Assembly (NCBI GenBank): GCA_964514975.1
Contig: CAZESS010000018.1
Coordinates: 1-48,853, forward strand
Length of the DNA: 48,853 bases
From: an uncultured Thermoplasmatales archaeon
GTDB taxonomy: Archaea > Thermoplasmatota > E2 > UBA202 > DSCA01
Direction: 5' to 3'
Positions 1 through 9,579 of this stretch are shown here, piece after piece; position 1 is the first letter of the stretch; every line of letters starts with the position of its first letter. The notes beneath the pieces were generated by a model. That model searched no databases. It saw only the letters and a program-made list of their open reading frames with translations, and was not told the origin of the DNA. The position numbers and the translations under genes were made by a program.

Positions 1-192
1 TTCGGCATCTCAGCATAGCGTTTCCGTTTGTTAAATGTTTTCAGGACAGTACAATAAATAAATAGTATACATGAAATTACAACCGGCGCGGGGTGCCGGG
101 TATCGTAAACTCCATATAACCATCCGCTTTACTATCATCACGCCGGGATGATAAGGATGCCGCCTGCGTCATCCCGGGCAGGATGATACCCC

Positions 193-1269
193 ATGAACAC
201 CAACGGGAGCCCGGAGCGCCTGACGCGCATCATGCTCGTCGACGACGACCCCTCTATTCTCGATGCGGCCAAGACAGCCATCGAGTCCTATGGCTACGAG
301 GTGGTGACCGCTGAATCGGGCGAGACATGCCTGGAACGCCTCGACGAGGCAGACCTGGTGTTCCTGGACATCAAGATGCCCGGCATGGACGGCATCGAAA
401 CCCTGAAAGAAATCAAGCAGTGCGACCCATCCATCCCCGTCATCATGATCACCGCATATGCGACGGTGGACAGCGCCATCGAGGCGATGAAGGAGGGCGC
501 CTTTGACTACATCCGGAAACCCTTCGACATGGACGACCTGGAGGGCAGCATCCTGGCGGCCATCGAAGAGATAAAATTCGAGCGGCTGAAAAAAATGGGG
601 CCCGAGAGCGGACACTACCTGGAAAAATTCCGGGAGCTGGCCGACAGGGCGCCCGGCATCTACATCGGCACCGACGTCGAACGCGTCGCCGGCATGGACG
701 TGGACACGATTTCGCTGGTCGCCGACTGGCAACCCCGCGAGTTACCGGCGGTGCAGGAGGACGTCGAGGCGGCGCTCGCCGACGGAGCGGTCATCGCGCT
801 CGCCGACCTGGCATATCTGCTCGGGGAGCATCCCTTCGGCGAGGTCCGCGACTTTTTGCGATGGCTGTACCGGATGGCGTCGCTGCACCACGGGCAGCTC
901 ATCCTGTCCACGGATTTCAGCCAGATCGACGACAAGATGGCCGAGGACATCCGGGAGGTCGTCGCCGACATCCGGCTGAGCCTGTTTTCGGATTCCATTT
1001 CCAACTACCTGCGCCGGCGGGTCATCCAGACGCTCTCCGACGGCGACACCTACAGCTTCACCACGATAGCGCAACTGCTGGGCATCAAGGACAACCCCAA
1101 GCTCAGCTTTCATCTGAAAAAGCTGAAAGATGACGGGGTCATCAAGCAGGACGAGGACAAGCGCTATTATCTCTCCAAGATGGGCATGGACATCGCCGGG
1201 GTCCTGGAGGGCATCCGCGAGCGGCGGGTGAGCGACCAGACGGATTTCCTGTGGATGCCGCAGCAGTAG
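193..1269 (+). CDS. Response regulator: REC + DUF835-like domain + C-terminal winged-HTH
   Basis: REC motifs LVDDD, FLDIKMPGMDG, MITAY, YIRKPF. The middle segment 'VIALADLAYLLGEHPFGEVRDFL...GQLILSTD' resembles DUF835. The C-terminus 'RRRVIQTL...SFTTIAQLLG...KLSFHLKKLKDDGVI...YYLSKMG' is an ArsR-like wHTH. Confidence 0.8.
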   Translation: MNTNGSPERLTRIMLVDDDPSILDAAKTAIESYGYEVVTAESGETCLERLDEADLVFLDIKMPGMDGIETLKEIKQCDPSIPVIMITAYATVDSAIEAMKEGAFDYIRKPFDMDDLEGSILAAIEEIKFERLKKMGPESGHYLEKFRELADRAPGIYIGTDVERVAGMDVDTISLVADWQPRELPAVQEDVEAALADGAVIALADLAYLLGEHPFGEVRDFLRWLYRMASLHHGQLILSTDFSQIDDKMAEDIREVVADIRLSLFSDSISNYLRRRVIQTLSDGDTYSFTTIAQLLGIKDNPKLSFHLKKLKDDGVIKQDEDKRYYLSKMGMDIAGVLEGIRERRVSDQTDFLWMPQQ

Positions 1270-1279
1270 CCCGGCGGGA

Positions 1280-1318
1280 GCTAAACCATATTTTAACGTC
1301 GTTCAAGCATGGTTTAGC
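1280..1318. promoter_or_regulatory. Perfect 10-bp inverted repeat GCTAAACCAT-N19-ATGGTTTAGC flanking a TATA-like box upstream of the luxE-like gene
   Basis: Arms at 1280-1289 and 1309-1318. The spacer contains ATTTTAAC and the ATG is at 1321. Confidence 0.5.
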
Positions 1319-1320
1319 GA

Positions 1321-2718
1321 ATGGTTTTATGCAGCCTGATGTTGTTCGTGGCCATGCGAGCGATAGCTGAGACCACGGGACGGCTGTGGAACAACCTGGT
1401 CGACCGGTTTTCTGTGCCCGAGAAGCAGTGGACGACCGTTGACTCGATGATCTATGGAATGGACTCATATTTTGACTACGACGAGGCAGGGGTCAGGGAA
1501 AAACGCACCAGGGCGCTCCGCGAGGCGTTCCTGCATCATTATTCCAACAACCTGTTCTACCACCGATACTGCAAGGACAACGACGTGCAGCCCGATGATA
1601 TAAAAGCGGAGGAGGACCTCCTGTCGATTCCGCTGGTTCCGGACACGTTTTTCAAGGACTACCCGGAGGAAAACCCCGGCAGCGTCTACGAGTGGCTATA
1701 CCGCGTATCCTCGGTGGACATCGGCGACTACGATTTCACGGGGAGCGACATGCAGGATTTTCTCCGCTGGGCGGAAAACCGCCTGCGCGGCATCGTCACC
1801 CATTCGTCGGGCACCACGGGCAACTTCAGCATCATGTTCAGAGATGAGCTGACAACCCGGCGGCTGTTCTACGCGTTTGACAAGACCCTCCTGTTCTCCA
1901 TCGTCCATCCAGACGACGACGCGCAGTTCGTGTACCCGGGCCCGGTGAAAACCTATCTCACCATGGGCCACTGGATATCCGAGGGAACCCGGATTTTCGA
2001 TAAAAGCCAGCGGCATTTTCTCACCGAGCGAGAGCTCACCATGGACATCGTCCGATTGATGTCCGGCCAGATACAGGGGTTCGCGGACAAGATGAAGCTC
2101 AAGCTGCTGCAGCGGGTCATGAAAAAAGGACAGCACAAGCTGATAAAGCTGCTACAGCAGCTCAACGAGAGCGGCAAACAGGCCATCATCCTGACGTTTC
2201 CCTTCCAGCTCTACGACCTCATGGAGATCATGCGGCAGGAAGATGTCAGCCTGTCGCTGGGCGACCAGAACAGCATCGTCATCACCGGCGGCGGATGGAA
2301 GATACACCAAAACAAAAAAGTGTCCCCGCAGACCTTCGCCGGCATGATCGAGGAAACGCTGGGTATCCCCCCGGAGCACTACAAGGACATCTACGGCATG
2401 TCCGAAATGAACGCGCTGGGCATGGACTGCGAGGGCCGCTACAAGCACCTGCATCCCTGGCTCTACCCGATGGTGCTCGACGAGGACAACCAGCCCATGG
2501 GCTACGGGGAGGATGGCCGCTTCGCGTTTCTCGACCCCGTGTCGAACAGCTATCCCGGGTTCATCATCACCGGCGACCGGGTGAGGCTGTATGAGCGCTG
2601 CCCTGCCTGCGGCCGCCCGGGCGTGGTCATGGATTCCGATATCAGCAGGATGGCCGGGGCGGAGGCGAAGGGATGCGGCAACCTGATGCGCGATCTTATC
2701 GCGGAGGAGCTGCGGTGA
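1321..2718 (+). CDS. LuxE-family acyl-protein synthetase (ANL adenylating superfamily)
   Basis: HSSGTTG loop, ITGGGWK, YGMSE, SYPGFIITGD, and C-terminal GAEAKGCG (acyl-accepting Cys position of LuxE). The start could be 1354. Confidence 0.8.
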   Translation: MVLCSLMLFVAMRAIAETTGRLWNNLVDRFSVPEKQWTTVDSMIYGMDSYFDYDEAGVREKRTRALREAFLHHYSNNLFYHRYCKDNDVQPDDIKAEEDLLSIPLVPDTFFKDYPEENPGSVYEWLYRVSSVDIGDYDFTGSDMQDFLRWAENRLRGIVTHSSGTTGNFSIMFRDELTTRRLFYAFDKTLLFSIVHPDDDAQFVYPGPVKTYLTMGHWISEGTRIFDKSQRHFLTERELTMDIVRLMSGQIQGFADKMKLKLLQRVMKKGQHKLIKLLQQLNESGKQAIILTFPFQLYDLMEIMRQEDVSLSLGDQNSIVITGGGWKIHQNKKVSPQTFAGMIEETLGIPPEHYKDIYGMSEMNALGMDCEGRYKHLHPWLYPMVLDEDNQPMGYGEDGRFAFLDPVSNSYPGFIITGDRVRLYERCPACGRPGVVMDSDISRMAGAEAKGCGNLMRDLIAEELR

Positions 2719-2722
2719 TATC

Positions 2723-3745
2723 ATGCTTGCACGACTGAGGGAGGAAATGGACAAGGGATTGTTCATCCCGCTGCCGATGCTGAAAAACTTTGCTAGATCC
2801 GTCGGCCCGCTGACCTACGTGATGGCGAAGCATCCCGGCTCGGTTATGGCGAACGTTCCGATGTGGATGAAACGCCTCCGGCAGTCCAGGCCGCCCTGGG
2901 CACATCTGGAAGAGGAGAGCAGATATGACTCCCGCCAGCTGCTGTCACCCAAAGATTATGAGGACATGCCGCCGGTCTACAGCAAAAAATATCTGCGGCC
3001 GACGCGCCTCTGTGAGAGCGACGCCCCCGAGATGCGGGCGATGGCCGTCAAGCTCGGCGCCCGCGAGAAAAGCGACCTCGCGTTTACGCGTGCGGTCTAC
3101 GAGTTCGTGAAAAACGAGAAAAAGCTGGTGTTCAAGCCGATGCGCGGCGCCCTTGGCACCTTTCGGAGCAAGGGAGGCGTCTGCCTTGATCAGCTCTCGC
3201 TGATGGCGGCGCTGCTCCGCGCCGGCGGGGTATCGGCCCGCTACCGGCTGTATGCGCTGTCTCCGACTGAGCAGTTCTATGACACGGTTATCAAGGACGA
3301 CCCGGTGCTGCGGGAAACGCTCGACATGCTCGGGTTTTTGGACTCATTGCACGGGGAGACCGAGGCGCTCGTGGACGGCAAATGGATACCGCTCGACTCG
3401 ACGTTTTCCGACGAGCTGGAGGCCGGGATGGGGCTGCCGATCACGTCGTTCGGCGAGGAGCCCATGTGGCGCGACCGGGTGCTGACCTCTGACATCCGGT
3501 TTGAGGGATTCCCGTTGATGTTCAGACACATGCTGGTCCCGGTGTTGTTTGCGCTTCGCAACACGGTCGACATGGTGAACGAGAAGCTGGACATGCTCAG
3601 GGTGCAGGGGCTGGAAATCATCGACCGGCTGGGCCGGGAGCAGTACAATGGCCAGCAGAGCTCGCATATCGAGCTGCCCTCGCTCGAAGAGGTCGAGGCC
3701 TTCCGGAACGGCGAGCCGATAACGGTGGACGCCGAGGCCGTGTAG
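2723..3745 (+). CDS. Transglutaminase-like (Cys-His-Asp) domain protein
   Basis: GGVCLDQ...AALLRAGGVSARY, SLHGETE, WIPLDST. It lies 4 nt downstream of the luxE-like stop. Confidence 0.8.
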   Translation: MLARLREEMDKGLFIPLPMLKNFARSVGPLTYVMAKHPGSVMANVPMWMKRLRQSRPPWAHLEEESRYDSRQLLSPKDYEDMPPVYSKKYLRPTRLCESDAPEMRAMAVKLGAREKSDLAFTRAVYEFVKNEKKLVFKPMRGALGTFRSKGGVCLDQLSLMAALLRAGGVSARYRLYALSPTEQFYDTVIKDDPVLRETLDMLGFLDSLHGETEALVDGKWIPLDSTFSDELEAGMGLPITSFGEEPMWRDRVLTSDIRFEGFPLMFRHMLVPVLFALRNTVDMVNEKLDMLRVQGLEIIDRLGREQYNGQQSSHIELPSLEEVEAFRNGEPITVDAEAV

Positions 3746-3780
3746 CTCTTTTGCATCAACCGCGGCGCCCGGTGTGCCGG

Positions 3781-4323
3781 TTACAGGAACCCGCGCTTGT
3801 CGAGCTCCTCGGTAATGACGTCTACGGCCCGTTCGACGTCCTCCCGCCGCTTGGCGCCGGTGCAGACGATTTTGCCCGAGCCGAAAAACAGGAACACCAC
3901 GTTGGGGTCCTTGAGGCGGTATACCATGCCGGGAAAGATTTCGGGCTCGTATTCAATGTTTTCGAGGCCGAGCGCCAGCGACAGCTCGAGCAGGTTGAGA
4001 TGGACGTGCAGGTCGACCGAGGCGACGATGTTCTGGATGTTGACCTCGGGCTTGATGACCTTGAAGCCGAGTTCCTTCATGCTGGGGTAGAGCTGGCCGA
4101 CCGCGGTTTCGATGTCCTCCTTGTTGCGCGCGCCGGTGCAGATGACCCTACCGCTTTTGAACAGGAGAAACGCGATTTTTGGTTCCTTGATGTGGTAGAC
4201 GAGCCCGGGGAACTGCTCGGGGTTGTACTTGGTGTCGTCCAGGTGCTCGTCAATCTTGTCCAGGTCCAGTTCCTCAGCTATCACGGTCGATGCGACCATA
4301 TTCTGTATCTTAATATCAGCCAT
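3781..4323 (-). CDS. tbp: TATA-box-binding protein
   Basis: Two direct repeats: IQNMVAS...YNPEQFPGLVY...LLFKSGRVICTGA and IQNIVAS...YEPEIFPGMVYR...FFGSGKIVCTGAK. Confidence 0.97.
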   Translation of the reverse strand: MADIKIQNMVASTVIAEELDLDKIDEHLDDTKYNPEQFPGLVYHIKEPKIAFLLFKSGRVICTGARNKEDIETAVGQLYPSMKELGFKVIKPEVNIQNIVASVDLHVHLNLLELSLALGLENIEYEPEIFPGMVYRLKDPNVVFLFFGSGKIVCTGAKRREDVERAVDVITEELDKRGFL

Positions 4324-4388
4324 TTTTACACCTTTTTATACCTTTTATATGCTTTTATATATGCGGCAGGGGACACATAAACTTTTTG
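4321..4388 (-). promoter_or_regulatory. tbp promoter/leader with BRE-TATA and four ~10-bp phased TATA-like units
   Basis: Minus strand reads AAAAAGTTTATGT (4388-4376), then ATATAAAAGC ATATAAAAGG TATAAAAAGG TGTAAAAATG ending in the start codon. Confidence 0.5.
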
Positions 4389-4402
4389 GCCTCCCGGAAG
4401 CG

Positions 4403-4804
4403 TTATCCGACTGGCTTGAACTTGTAGCCGTAATGGATGGCGCCCGCCTTGCCGTCCTGATAGATGCGGCGGAAGCAGGACTCGACATGCATGCCGATGG
4501 ACACCTCGTCCGGGCTGACGTCCACGATCTGGCCCGTCAGATAGGTATCCTCGTCCATCTTGATGAGCGCGATGACATAGGGCTCCTCGTGCTCGAAATG
4601 CGGCGGCGGGGCATAGATAACCGTGTAGCTCTCCACCACGCCGGACCCTTTCAACTGGTATTCTCCCATGTTGCCGACCGACGCACGGCGGCATTCGGGG
4701 CACATCGACCGCGGCGGAAAATACACCTGGCCGCAGGCCCCGCATTTCGTTCCGATGAGATTGTATCGCTGCGGTATCTCTCTCCAATAACGTGGTACAC
4801 CCAT
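4403..4804 (-). CDS. DUF35 Zn-ribbon/OB-fold protein (thiolase/HMGCS scaffold subunit)
   Basis: CGACG...FPPRSMCPEC zinc ribbon plus OB fold ending IHYGYKF. Directly downstream of the thiolase. Confidence 0.92.
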   Translation of the reverse strand: MGVPRYWREIPQRYNLIGTKCGACGQVYFPPRSMCPECRRASVGNMGEYQLKGSGVVESYTVIYAPPPHFEHEEPYVIALIKMDEDTYLTGQIVDVSPDEVSIGMHVESCFRRIYQDGKAGAIHYGYKFKPVG

Positions 4805-5971
4805 CTATATCGCCTCCAGTATGTGGATGACGGCTGTTCCACCCGAGCCGCCGACGTTGTGTGTCAGTCCCAGCGTGGCGTCATCAACCTGCCGTCTGTC
4901 GGCCTGGCCGCGCAGCTGGCGCATCAGCTCATGTATCTGCGCGATACCCGTCGCACCCACGGGATGCCCCTTCGACTTGAGGCCACCCGACGTGTTCACG
5001 GGCAGCTCGCCGTCCAGGGTCGTCAGCCCATCCTCCACGGCATGGCCGCCTTTGCCCTTGTCAACGAACCCGAGGTCCTCGATGGCCATGATCTCCGCGA
5101 TGGTGAAACAGTCATGCACCTCGGCGACGTCGATATCCGCGGGTGACACGCCAGCCCTGCTGTAGGCACGGCGCGACGCGGTCATCGCTGCAGGGATGCC
5201 GTCGAAGCGGCTGCGCTCGCTGAGCGAGATGCTGTCCGCTACTGTTTCCGAGGCAGCGATCCTGACCGGTTCGTCGGTGAACTCCTCCGCCCTTTCCATC
5301 GAGGATATGACGACGGCGCCGGCGCCGTCCGTGATGGGGCTGCAGTCCAGCAGATGCAGCGGGTCCGCGACCATCGTTGAACCGAGCACGTCCTCCACGG
5401 ATACCTCCCGCCGGTACTGCGCCTTCGGGTTCAACGTGCCGTTGTAATGGTTTTTCACCGCCACCTCGGCGAGCTGCTCCCGCGTCGTCCCATACTTGTG
5501 CATGTGATAGCGGGCCATCAGGGCATACAGGCCGGGGAACGTCGCGCCGAAAAAGGCCTCCCACTCGCGGTTCGCCGCCGACGCCAGGATGTTGGTCGCC
5601 TCGGTGCCCGCGACGTCGGTCATTTTCTCGGCGCCGCCGACCACCACGACGTCGTACATGCCCGACGCGACGGCCAGGTAGCCGTTGTGGAGCGCCAGGC
5701 TGCCCGACGCGCAGGCCGCCTCGACCCTCGTGGCAGGGATGTGCAGTTCACTCAGCCCGGACACCTCTGCGGCAAGCGAGCCGAGATGCTCCTGGCCGAC
5801 AAACCGGCCGGCTGACATCCCGCCGATGTACAATGCCTCGATGTCCTCGCCCTCGATGCCGGCGTCCATGATAGCGGTGATGCCGGCCTCGGCTACCAGG
5901 TCGGCCAGCGATTTCTCCCAGAGCTCACCGAACTGGGTGAGACCGCCGCCGATAAGCGCAACGTCTCTCAT
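4805..5971 (-). CDS. Acetoacetyl-CoA thiolase (archaeal type)
   Basis: VEAACASG catalytic Cys, [23 protein letters not shown]. Operon with HMGCS and DUF35. Confidence 0.95.
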   Translation of the reverse strand: MRDVALIGGGLTQFGELWEKSLADLVAEAGITAIMDAGIEGEDIEALYIGGMSAGRFVGQEHLGSLAAEVSGLSELHIPATRVEAACASGSLALHNGYLAVASGMYDVVVVGGAEKMTDVAGTEATNILASAANREWEAFFGATFPGLYALMARYHMHKYGTTREQLAEVAVKNHYNGTLNPKAQYRREVSVEDVLGSTMVADPLHLLDCSPITDGAGAVVISSMERAEEFTDEPVRIAASETVADSISLSERSRFDGIPAAMTASRRAYSRAGVSPADIDVAEVHDCFTIAEIMAIEDLGFVDKGKGGHAVEDGLTTLDGELPVNTSGGLKSKGHPVGATGIAQIHELMRQLRGQADRRQVDDATLGLTHNVGGSGGTAVIHILEAI

Positions 5972-6999
5972 GCAAACTCACCTCTGTGTTTCATGTACAG
6001 ACCATAGTCAAGGTATTCCCGGTTTTCCATCATTTTCCGGATGTTGTTCCGCTCGATATCCTCGATGGCGTCGGTGACCGTGATGTCAAACGAGTCGGAG
6101 CCCGCCCCGGAGCCATAGGAGGTCGCAAGGATGCGGTCGCCGGGATCAGCGACGTCGAGCACCGCCGACAGGCCCAGCGGCGTCGACCCGGAATAGGTGT
6201 TGCCGATATACGGGCAGAGCAGTCCATCCTCGATTTGCTCCTTGGTGAAACCGAGCTTCCGGGCCACCCGGGACGGAAACTTGCCGTTGGGCTGATGGAA
6301 CACCGCATAATCATAGTCATCCGGCGATGTTCCCATCTCCTCCATCATGCGCTCCGTCGCCGCTGTCACATGCCTGAAATAGGCAGGCTTGCCCGTGAAA
6401 CGCCCCCCATGGCCGGGGTAGGGCTCGCCCTCACGGCGCCAGAAATCAGGCGTATCCGTGGTAAACGACAGGGTATGGTTGACCTCGGCGATGAGATTGT
6501 CTCGGCCGAGGATGAATGCGGCGCCGCCAGCCGCTGCGGCGTATTCCAGCGCGTCGCCGGGGGCAGCCTGCGAGACATCGGCACCGATGGCCATGCCACA
6601 GGTGATCATGTCCGCCCTGACGAGGGCGAGGCAGTTCTGCATCGCCGCGGTGCCGGCCTTGCAGGCAAACTCGTAATCCGCCGCCGTCAGATCAGGCGTG
6701 GCCTGTATCGCTTCGGCGACGATGGTGGCCGTGGGCTTGACCGCATACGGATGCGACTCCGACCCGACATACAACGCGCCGATGTCCTGCGCGTCTATAC
6801 CCGACAGTCTGACGGCACGGCGCGCCGCCTCGACCGAGATGGTTGTGGTGTCCTCGTCGAGCCCGGGCACCGTTTTCTCGTAGACCATGAGGCCGGCAGC
6901 GATTGCTGCCCCGTCGCCGCGCCACATACGGGCGATTTCCTCTGTTTTAATTCTATATCTGGGGACATATGCCCCATACCCTACAATGCCAGCTTTCAT
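5968..6999 (-). CDS. Hydroxymethylglutaryl-CoA synthase (archaeal type)
   Basis: [50 protein letters not shown] at 6999 preferred over GTG at 7029. Confidence 0.96.
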   Translation of the reverse strand: MKAGIVGYGAYVPRYRIKTEEIARMWRGDGAAIAAGLMVYEKTVPGLDEDTTTISVEAARRAVRLSGIDAQDIGALYVGSESHPYAVKPTATIVAEAIQATPDLTAADYEFACKAGTAAMQNCLALVRADMITCGMAIGADVSQAAPGDALEYAAAAGGAAFILGRDNLIAEVNHTLSFTTDTPDFWRREGEPYPGHGGRFTGKPAYFRHVTAATERMMEEMGTSPDDYDYAVFHQPNGKFPSRVARKLGFTKEQIEDGLLCPYIGNTYSGSTPLGLSAVLDVADPGDRILATSYGSGAGSDSFDITVTDAIEDIERNNIRKMMENREYLDYGLYMKHRGEFA

Positions 7000-7068
7000 A
7001 AGCTCGCCTCTGCCCTCACATGGCCTCATCGTATTTAAACATGACGCTCTCCGCTGCTATGTCGGACG

Positions 7069-7323
7069 TCATCGTTCGGCCTGCATCTCCTGGGGCGACA
7101 CCACGGTATGGGTCTTGGTGTCCGCGACACCCTCGATGGAACGAATGCGGTTGAGCACCACCCTGGCGAGCACGTCCTCGCTGTCCACCGCCACCTTCGC
7201 GATGATGTCATAGGGGCCGAACAGGGAATACAGCTCGGTTATCTCGTCGATTGACTGAAGTGAGCGCTGCACATCCTGCTCCCGTGTCGGCGCAACAGAG
7301 ATAAGCACATATCCGACGGTCAT
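7069..7323 (-). CDS. Stand-alone Lrp/AsnC ligand-binding (RAM) domain protein
   Basis: MTVGYVLI...LFGPYDIIAKV...IRSIEGVADTKT, with no HTH. Start taken at ATG 7323. Confidence 0.85.
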   Translation of the reverse strand: MTVGYVLISVAPTREQDVQRSLQSIDEITELYSLFGPYDIIAKVAVDSEDVLARVVLNRIRSIEGVADTKTHTVVSPQEMQAER

Positions 7324-7366
7324 GTTTATGATATACAACGTCGGGTTATATTGCTTGCCCCCTCCA

Positions 7367-7396
7367 GGGGCTAAACCGGGGCTAAACCTTTTAATA
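7367..7396 (+). promoter_or_regulatory. Tandem GGGGCTAAACC x2 directly upstream of TATA box TTTTAATA
   Basis: Copies at 7367-7377 and 7378-7388, TATA at 7389-7396, ATG at 7424. Confidence 0.45.
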
Positions 7397-7423
7397 TCCT
7401 GCCGGCATGGGCATACGATAGGC

Positions 7424-9292
7424 ATGGAGACACTGCGGCGGAAGTATCCCAAAAAGTTTGCCACCAACCTGGACAGGGTGTTCGAAACCATCCACGGCGG
7501 CGACAAGATATTCATCGGCACCGGCTGCGGCAAGCCGTCGCACCTGGTCAAGGAGCTGGCGGACTACGTCGAAAACAACCCCAAGGCGTTCGCCGACGCC
7601 GAAATCTTCCATGTCTGGACGCTCGGCGTCGCCCCCTATGTCAAGCCCAAGTTCGAGATGAACTTCCGCCACAACGCGTTTTTCATCGGTGACAACACCC
7701 GCGACGCGGTCAACCGTGGCATGGCCGACTACACCCCGATTTTTCTGTCAGAGGTGCCCGGCCTGTTCCACCGGGACGTCATCCCCGTCGACGTGGCGCT
7801 CATCCAGCTCTCGATGCCCGACGACCATGGCTACATGAGCTACGGCATCAGTGTCGACATCGTCAAATCCGCGGTCGAAAACGCCGACGTCGTCATCGCG
7901 CAGGTCAACGACAACATGCCGCGGGTGCTCGGGGAGAGCTTCATCCACATAGAGGACGTCGACTACGTCATCCCCCATGACGAGCCACTGCTGGAATACG
8001 AAACCGGCGAGCTCGATGAGACCACGGATGCCATCGGCAAAAACGTCGCCCGGCTCGTCGAGGACGGCGCCACCATCCAGGTCGGCTACGGCAACATCCC
8101 CGACGCGGTGGTCGCCAGCCTCGAAGGCAAGCGGGAACTGGGCGTCCACACCGAGCTGCTCACCGACGGCGTCGTCGAGCTCATGAAACAGGGCGTCGTC
8201 ACCAACGAAAAAAAATCGATACACAGGGGCAAGGCCGTCGCCTCCTTCTGCATGGGACACAGGGAGACCTATGACTACCTCGACAACAACCCCGAGTTCG
8301 AGTTCCGCCCCATCGAGTATACCAACCGCCCGACGGTCATCGCCCAGAACCACAAGATGACAGCCATCAACACCGCCCTCGAAATCGACCTCACCGGACA
8401 GGTCACCGCTGAATCGCTCGGCCACCAGCTCTACAGCGGCATCGGCGGCCAGGCCGACTTCATGCGCGGCGCCGCATTGAGCAAGGAAGGCAAAAACATC
8501 ATCGCGCTCCGCTCCACCGCCAAAAACGGCGAGGTCTCCCGCATCGTTCCCTTCCTCAAGGAGGGAGCAGGGGTCACGCTCACCCGCGGCGACGTTCACT
8601 ACGTCGTCACCGAATACGGCAGCGCCTACCTCCACGGCAAAAACATCCGGGAGCGCGCCGTCGCACTGATAAGCATCGCACACCCTCGATTCCGGGAGCA
8701 GCTCCTCGAAAAAGCCAAGGAATACAACATGGTCTACCAGGACCAGATAATGGTCACCGGGCAGGGCGGCATCTACCCCGTCGACCTGGAAAAACAGGTC
8801 CATCTGCCGGATGGAAAACGGGTGATGCTCCGCCCCATCAAGCCATCCGACGAGGAGCTCCTCAAGAACATGTTCTACGACCTCTCCAATGAGACCATCT
8901 ACAAGCGGTTCATGGGCGTCAAACACTATCTCCCCCGCGAGCAGCTCCACGAGCTCGCCAACGTCGACTACAGCAAAAACATGGCCATCGTCGCCGTCAC
9001 CGGCGAGGAGGAACGGGAGGAAATCGTCGGCGTCGGCCGCTGGGGGCTCGACATGGACACCAACAGCGCCGAGGTCGCCTTTGTCGTCCGGGACGACTGG
9101 CAGCAGCAGGGCGTCGGCACCGAGCTCCTCAAATATCTCACCCAGATAGCCAAGCGGCGCGGCCTCTACGGCTTCACCGCCGACGTGCTTGTCAACAACC
9201 AGGGCATGCTCAAACTGTTCGAAAAAATGGACTTCGAGATGGAAAAAGAGCTCCGCGACGGGGTCTACCATCTCCGGATGCACTTCGACTGA
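7424..9292 (+). CDS. Acetyl-CoA hydrolase/CoA-transferase fused to a C-terminal GNAT acetyltransferase
   Basis: YTPIFLSEVP, IQVGYGNIPDA, HTELL (catalytic Glu), SGIGGQADF, VVTEYG. GNAT part: LRPIKPSD...AEVAFVVRDDWQQQGVGTELL...N.GML.LF. Confidence 0.9.
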   Translation: METLRRKYPKKFATNLDRVFETIHGGDKIFIGTGCGKPSHLVKELADYVENNPKAFADAEIFHVWTLGVAPYVKPKFEMNFRHNAFFIGDNTRDAVNRGMADYTPIFLSEVPGLFHRDVIPVDVALIQLSMPDDHGYMSYGISVDIVKSAVENADVVIAQVNDNMPRVLGESFIHIEDVDYVIPHDEPLLEYETGELDETTDAIGKNVARLVEDGATIQVGYGNIPDAVVASLEGKRELGVHTELLTDGVVELMKQGVVTNEKKSIHRGKAVASFCMGHRETYDYLDNNPEFEFRPIEYTNRPTVIAQNHKMTAINTALEIDLTGQVTAESLGHQLYSGIGGQADFMRGAALSKEGKNIIALRSTAKNGEVSRIVPFLKEGAGVTLTRGDVHYVVTEYGSAYLHGKNIRERAVALISIAHPRFREQLLEKAKEYNMVYQDQIMVTGQGGIYPVDLEKQVHLPDGKRVMLRPIKPSDEELLKNMFYDLSNETIYKRFMGVKHYLPREQLHELANVDYSKNMAIVAVTGEEEREEIVGVGRWGLDMDTNSAEVAFVVRDDWQQQGVGTELLKYLTQIAKRRGLYGFTADVLVNNQGMLKLFEKMDFEMEKELRDGVYHLRMHFD

Positions 9293-9496
9293 CTAATGGA
9301 TTTTTTCCTCGAGCTTCCGTATCTTCCGCCGTATTTTTTCCTTTTTCCGCTCGTACTTGTTTTTCAGCCGGTCATATTTTTTCTCGGAGAGCTCCTTCCG
9401 CCGTTGCTTCAGCGAGCGCAGGTCGCCGTCGATGATGGCGCGCTGCTGGTTTAAATCCTCGATTTTTTCGACGTACTTCCGCCGTTTTTTGTCCAT
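9293..9496 (-). CDS. Small, very basic coiled-coil hypothetical protein
   Basis: 67-aa K/R/E-rich heptad pattern. Fills the gap between convergent genes, with an upstream TATA-like ATATATA near 9552-9559. Confidence 0.6.
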   Translation of the reverse strand: MDKKRRKYVEKIEDLNQQRAIIDGDLRSLKQRRKELSEKKYDRLKNKYERKKEKIRRKIRKLEEKIH

Positions 9497-9579
9497 ACAA
9501 CGGTATGCATCAGCGGGATAAAATCTTTCGCCTCGTGGTGGTCATAAATCCATATATATCCTGGGGTGTTTACCCGTCC

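Noticed and set aside
1321-2718. Bioluminescence (lux) operon
   Set aside because: Only a luxE-like gene is present, with no luxA, B, C or D in the window.
7748-9283. 511-aa antisense ORF, and similar long shadows at 11002-12393, 19697-21457 and 42534-43670
   Set aside because: They mirror well-supported genes on the opposite strand, as expected from high GC3 codon bias, and have no motifs.
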